A stretch of 64,000 nt of DNA from the NCBI GenBank assembly GCA_043817075.1, contig JBDRHG010000023.1, forward strand, positions 11,315 through 75,314, given 5' to 3'. Position 1 is the first letter of the stretch. Every line of letters begins with the position of its first letter. The DNA comes from an archaeon (GTDB lineage: Archaea > Nanobdellota > Nanobdellia > Woesearchaeales > JAADFO01). The translations under genes were made by a program, and so were the position numbers. The notes beneath the pieces are model-generated. The model worked only from the letters and a program-made list of their open reading frames with translations. It was not told where the DNA came from and searched no databases. Shown here piece by piece: positions 61,011 through 64,000 of this stretch.

Positions 61011-61529
61011 TTATGCCTCCTCCTCGCCGAAGGACACGCCGAACTCGGCCTTGAGGAGGTCGATGACCTCCTCTTTCGTGACCTTCTGCTTGGTAGGCAC
61101 CTTCCTGGTGAGCAGGCGCCTCTTCTTGATGCGATAGCCCGGGCGCTCGAATGTCACAGCCACTTCGAGGCCGATGATGCCGATGTCCGGGTCGTATTTG
61201 GTATCAGGAATGTCGATGCACTCTGCGATGCCGAATGACATGTTGGCCTGAGTGTCGATCATCTTCTCGGAGAGGACATTATCCTTGGCCGCGATCAGTC
61301 TCTTGAGCATGGTCTTGGCATCCTCACCACGCATCGTGACCTTTGCACCGATAGGCAGGCGGGGGCGCAGGCCCCACGAGGCGATACGCTTCATGGTCGT
61401 GGTCTTGATCGGCTTCTTGTCGGTAAGGCTCTCGAGTAGCTTGAAGCCTTTCTCGAGCATGCCCGGATGCTTGCCAGCACCGATGTTGAGCGTGATCTTC
61501 TCTATCCTTACCTGTCTGTTGGCGTTCAT
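61011..61529 (-). CDS. rpl5: 50S ribosomal protein L5 (uL5)
   Basis: 172 aa, operon position, ...IRIEKITLNIGAG... Confidence 0.9.
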   Translation of the reverse strand: MNANRQVRIEKITLNIGAGKHPGMLEKGFKLLESLTDKKPIKTTTMKRIASWGLRPRLPIGAKVTMRGEDAKTMLKRLIAAKDNVLSEKMIDTQANMSFGIAECIDIPDTKYDPDIGIIGLEVAVTFERPGYRIKKRRLLTRKVPTKQKVTKEEVIDLLKAEFGVSFGEEEA

Positions 61530-61530
61530 C

Positions 61531-62229
61531 CTATTCTCCTATGAGTGTAATGATCGGTTTGTCCTTGCCGATGGGGAAAGCGAATTCTTTCTTCGTCTCG
61601 AAGAGCTCCTTGTCCGCCGTGCTGATCATGATCTTACCTTCCTTGACCTCTTCGACGACACCGACCCTGCCAGTGTGCTTGCCGGAGATGAGGTAGACCA
61701 GGTTTTTCTTGGCGAGCGGGATGTCCTGGTTGATCTTGCCTTCAGGGACATCGAAGACGAGGGTGTCGCCCGTGGCATACGCATTCTTGTCCAGCCGGAA
61801 ATTCCTGCCGTCTCCCATGTTGATCTGAAACTTGCCGCCAGGGATCAATGTCTTTCCGATGACCCTGCTCGGCTTGATCTTGGCCTCTTTCTCATCGATC
61901 TCGATGGCCTGGAGCTTGCCTTTAGTGTTGATGAGGATCCGGTAATGCTTCTTGCTTGCCGGAAGCGTCACGGTGTCGAACAATCCAACGAGGAAGCGTC
62001 GCTCTTTACGGCGGACGCCGTTGACGAACAGCTCCTTGTTGAAGAGGATATATTCGACTTCCCTGGTGCTGCTCGCTACATGGAGCATGTCCTTGAGCAG
62101 TGTGTCAATCGACACGCCATGCTCTAGGCTATGGCTGCCAGGTTTGGGCCTAGTGATGAAGGTGAGTCCCTTCTTCTTGACCGGCCATGATTTTGGGGTA
62201 TTAAGCCTCTTGAGGTGCTGCTTTACCAA
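61531..62229 (-). CDS. rps4e: 30S ribosomal protein S4e
   Basis: MVKQHLKRLNTPKSWPVKKKG... is the typical S4e N-terminus. Confidence 0.9.
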   Translation of the reverse strand: MVKQHLKRLNTPKSWPVKKKGLTFITRPKPGSHSLEHGVSIDTLLKDMLHVASSTREVEYILFNKELFVNGVRRKERRFLVGLFDTVTLPASKKHYRILINTKGKLQAIEIDEKEAKIKPSRVIGKTLIPGGKFQINMGDGRNFRLDKNAYATGDTLVFDVPEGKINQDIPLAKKNLVYLISGKHTGRVGVVEEVKEGKIMISTADKELFETKKEFAFPIGKDKPIITLIGE

Positions 62230-62617
62230 TTTTTGTCTCTCCTTTCTTGATAGTTTTGAGCCGTCGCTTATCTGATGAATCGAGCTCGATGATCATGAGG
62301 CTCGAGGCCTTGAGGGGCTGCATGTTCTTCGTGCCGTCCTTCTTGATGGTCTCGATCTTGGTGACGAACACGGCCTCATGGGACACGTTGACGCGTTCGA
62401 CCTTGCCGGACTGTCCTTTGAACTGGCCACGGAGCACCTTGACCTTGTCTCCTTTCCGCACTTTCACCGTCCTGGTGCCGTGCTTCTCGCGGAGCTCTTT
62501 GGACAGATGGCAACCGAGGAATGAGCGCTTGACATGATCGGGTGCGTTGGCCCGATACTTGCGCTGCTTCCGCGGCTGCGTGCTCGCCTTCCAGCTCTTT
62601 GACCAGTCTTGCTTCAT
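62201..62617 (-). CDS. rpl24: 50S ribosomal protein L24 (uL24)
   Basis: Start set at ATG 62617 (MKQDWSKSWKASTQPRKQRKYRANAP...). KOW motif VRKGDKVKVLRGQFKGQSGKV. The 3' end overlaps the rps4e start by 29 nt. Confidence 0.85.
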   Translation of the reverse strand: MKQDWSKSWKASTQPRKQRKYRANAPDHVKRSFLGCHLSKELREKHGTRTVKVRKGDKVKVLRGQFKGQSGKVERVNVSHEAVFVTKIETIKKDGTKNMQPLKASSLMIIELDSSDKRRLKTIKKGETKIGKAAPQEA

Positions 62618-62628
62618 CTTTTTTACCT

Positions 62629-63030
62629 CTATAGTATGATATTGGCGACCTTTGCTACCGCAGGCCATCTGGTGGCGGCCTCCTTTGCGATCGGGCCCTT
62701 GAACATGGTCCCTTTCGGATTGCCCTTGTCGTCCTTGAGCACGATTGCTGCGTTATCCTCGAACTGCACTCTGCTGCCGTCGGGACGCCTATACTCTTTC
62801 TTCTGCCGTACGACGACCGCGTACACGATCTGTTTACGCATATCAGGCCTTCCCTTGACGACGCTGGCATGGATCATATCGCCGACACCTGCGGCGGGGA
62901 GACGGCCCTTGACCGTCTTGAGATTCTTGACATTGAACACTCTGAGGACTTTGGCGCCGGAGTTGTCACAGGCCTCTATATTGGCGCCTACATTAATCCC
63001 GCGAGTTACCGCAGCATTAACTCCTTTCAT
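62629..63030 (-). CDS. rpl14: 50S ribosomal protein L14 (uL14)
   Basis: Start set at ATG 63030 (MKGVNAAVTRGINVGANIEACDNSGAKVLRV...). 133 aa. Confidence 0.9.
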   Translation of the reverse strand: MKGVNAAVTRGINVGANIEACDNSGAKVLRVFNVKNLKTVKGRLPAAGVGDMIHASVVKGRPDMRKQIVYAVVVRQKKEYRRPDGSRVQFEDNAAIVLKDDKGNPKGTMFKGPIAKEAATRWPAVAKVANIIL

Positions 63031-63463
63031 CCTGTTTCTCCTCGGTCCCCTTCTTAGGAGGGGTCCTTTTCTCAACTCTGACGTGATCCTTCTCTTTGTC
63101 CATGCTCTGCTCCCTGACCTGTGCATCGATGTCGACGCCGAGTTTCTTGACGATGACGAAACTCTTGGTCTTGGAAAGCGGCCTGGTCTCCATAATGAGC
63201 ACGCGATCGCCCTTCTGGGCGTTGATGGATGGCGGGTTATGGGCGTGAACCTTAGTCTTGCGTCTCTCTGCACGCTCGTACTTGGGGATCGTCGTCGTTC
63301 GTTCCCATCTGACCGTAGCAGTCTTGGTCATCTTGGCGCTCTCGACAGTCCCTTCGAAGGTGCGTCCTCTGACTGTGACATTGCCGAAGAACGGATCGTT
63401 ACGATCGTCATTCTTCTCTTTGGGCATCTCCACGTCGATGCCGATTCCCTTCTTCTTCGCCAT
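63017..63463 (-). CDS. rps17: 30S ribosomal protein S17 (uS17) with charged C-terminal tail
   Basis: Start set at ATG 63463 (MAKKKGIGIDVEMPKEK...FFGNVTVRGRTFEGTVESAKMTKTATV...). Tail REQSMDKEKDHVRVEKRTPPKKGTEEKQDERS. Confidence 0.85.
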   Translation of the reverse strand: MAKKKGIGIDVEMPKEKNDDRNDPFFGNVTVRGRTFEGTVESAKMTKTATVRWERTTTIPKYERAERRKTKVHAHNPPSINAQKGDRVLIMETRPLSKTKSFVIVKKLGVDIDAQVREQSMDKEKDHVRVEKRTPPKKGTEEKQDERS

Positions 63464-63483
63464 TGGACATTTCACCTTGATTG

Positions 63484-63756
63484 TCAGTTCGTTTTTGTGC
63501 GATCCATCAGTCGACCCTTGAGCACACGCGCCTCGACCTCCACCTCTCTGTCCCGCCAATGCATGCGGAACACGAGACTCTCCTTGAGGAATCTCTTCCT
63601 TCCGGGGATGTCGATGGTAAATGTGTACCTTGTCTCGTCCTTGATCACACCTCGAGTCTCTCTCTTCTCTCCTTGGTATCTGATGATGATGATGTGCCTT
63701 CCGATGAGGTTGCTCTTTTCGATGCGCGGTGTCGCTGCCATCGTCAGTAGCCTCAT
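63484..63756 (-). CDS. rnp1: RNase P protein component 1 (Rpp29/Pop4)
   Basis: NLIGRHIIIIRYQGEKRETRGVIKDETRYTFTIDIPGRKRFLKESLVF fits the Rpp29 Sm-like core. Canonical position between L29 and S17. ATGA overlap with the L29 stop. Confidence 0.8.
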   Translation of the reverse strand: MRLLTMAATPRIEKSNLIGRHIIIIRYQGEKRETRGVIKDETRYTFTIDIPGRKRFLKESLVFRMHWRDREVEVEARVLKGRLMDRTKTN

Positions 63757-63983
63757 TCAGCCTTGGGCTCTCCTCCTTCCTTCTCTTCGGCAGCCTTCTT
63801 CTTGAGCATGGACATTACGGTCTTGGCCTGAGCGATGGACTTCTTGATCTTGCTAAGCTGTCCCACGTTCTTCCCAGCAGACTTGGATGCGAGCTCGGAG
63901 TTAAGTTTCATGGTCTGCATACGCAGGTCCGCGACCTTCTTCTCCAGCTCTTCCATGCCCATATTCGTAAACGGTGATTTCAT
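63753..63983 (-). CDS. rpl29: 50S ribosomal protein L29 (uL29)
   Basis: MEELEKKVADLRMQTMKLNSELA... helical L29 pattern. Operon position. Confidence 0.85.
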   Translation of the reverse strand: MKSPFTNMGMEELEKKVADLRMQTMKLNSELASKSAGKNVGQLSKIKKSIAQAKTVMSMLKKKAAEEKEGGEPKAE

Positions 63984-64000
63984 GATTGTTATTCCTTCTT

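Noticed and set aside
62609-63805. 398-aa plus-strand ORF across L24/L14/S17/Rpp29
   Set aside because: It is antisense to four conserved ribosomal-operon genes. Its composition (L/S/R/P-rich) is typical of a shadow ORF.
63989-64000. Possible 3' end of rps3 at the right edge (minus strand ...KKE* with TAA at 63989-63991)
   Set aside because: Only three codons are visible and the frame cannot be verified. The call would rest on expected operon order alone.
1-64000. Looked for CRISPR arrays, rRNA genes, cas genes, integrases and toxin-antitoxin pairs
   Set aside because: No regularly spaced direct repeats, no rRNA-like sequence and no recognisable Cas, integrase or TA motifs were seen in any frame. 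The only tandem repetition is codon-level low complexity (K/E tails, Q/P tail).

Overview
Archaeal chromosomal fragment. The informational genes are clearly archaeal: two-subunit archaeal PheRS, topoisomerase VI A/B, archaeal DnaG, ABCE1, r-proteins L14e/L34e/L19e/L32e/S4e, RNase P Rpp29, and SecY followed by a DUF106 insertase. I cannot assign a lineage from the sequence alone. Hand counts of sample 60-nt lines give about 53% G+C for the bulk. Three patches are visibly AT-rich: about 6.0-7.3 kb (an MscS gene, ~40%), 23.8-26.4 kb (GT-A glycosyltransferase plus an IS630 element next to tRNA-Cys, ~22-27%), and 48.4-49.9 kb (a DUF3800 gene, ~30%). The minus strand from 54 to 64 kb carries the conserved archaeal ribosomal operon L29-Rpp29-S17-L14-L24-S4e-L5-S14-S8-L6-L32e-L19e-L18-S5-L30-L15-SecY-DUF106. 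Several of these r-proteins carry charged low-complexity tails. Many first genes of transcription units have an A/T box (AAGCTTTTTAAA-like) about 26 nt upstream of the ATG, which suggests leaderless mRNAs, and I used this to correct several ORF-track starts. The most unusual region is 33.1-46.5 kb, a 13-gene, same-strand, translationally coupled cluster. At least ten products begin with a short basic segment followed by a ~20-residue hydrophobic helix, which resembles a class III (prepilin) signal. They are arranged around a 721-aa polytopic FlaJ/TadC-like (T2SS-F-like) membrane protein. Their C-terminal parts include a ~60-cysteine protein, a cohesin-like module, a vWA/MIDAS module and a paralogous C-terminal module ending in ...N(V/I)L(I/V)(E/G)Y..D/E.(K/R)..(V/I)S. 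No assembly ATPase or prepilin peptidase is visible in the window. A membrane-anchored double-dockerin protein lies 1 kb upstream on the opposite strand. Other items worth a second look are a densely structured 240-nt intergenic element after dnaG, a membrane-anchored parvulin-thioredoxin fusion, two large orphan proteins, and an 11-bp repeat of the tRNA-Arg 3' end. No CRISPR array or rRNA gene is present.
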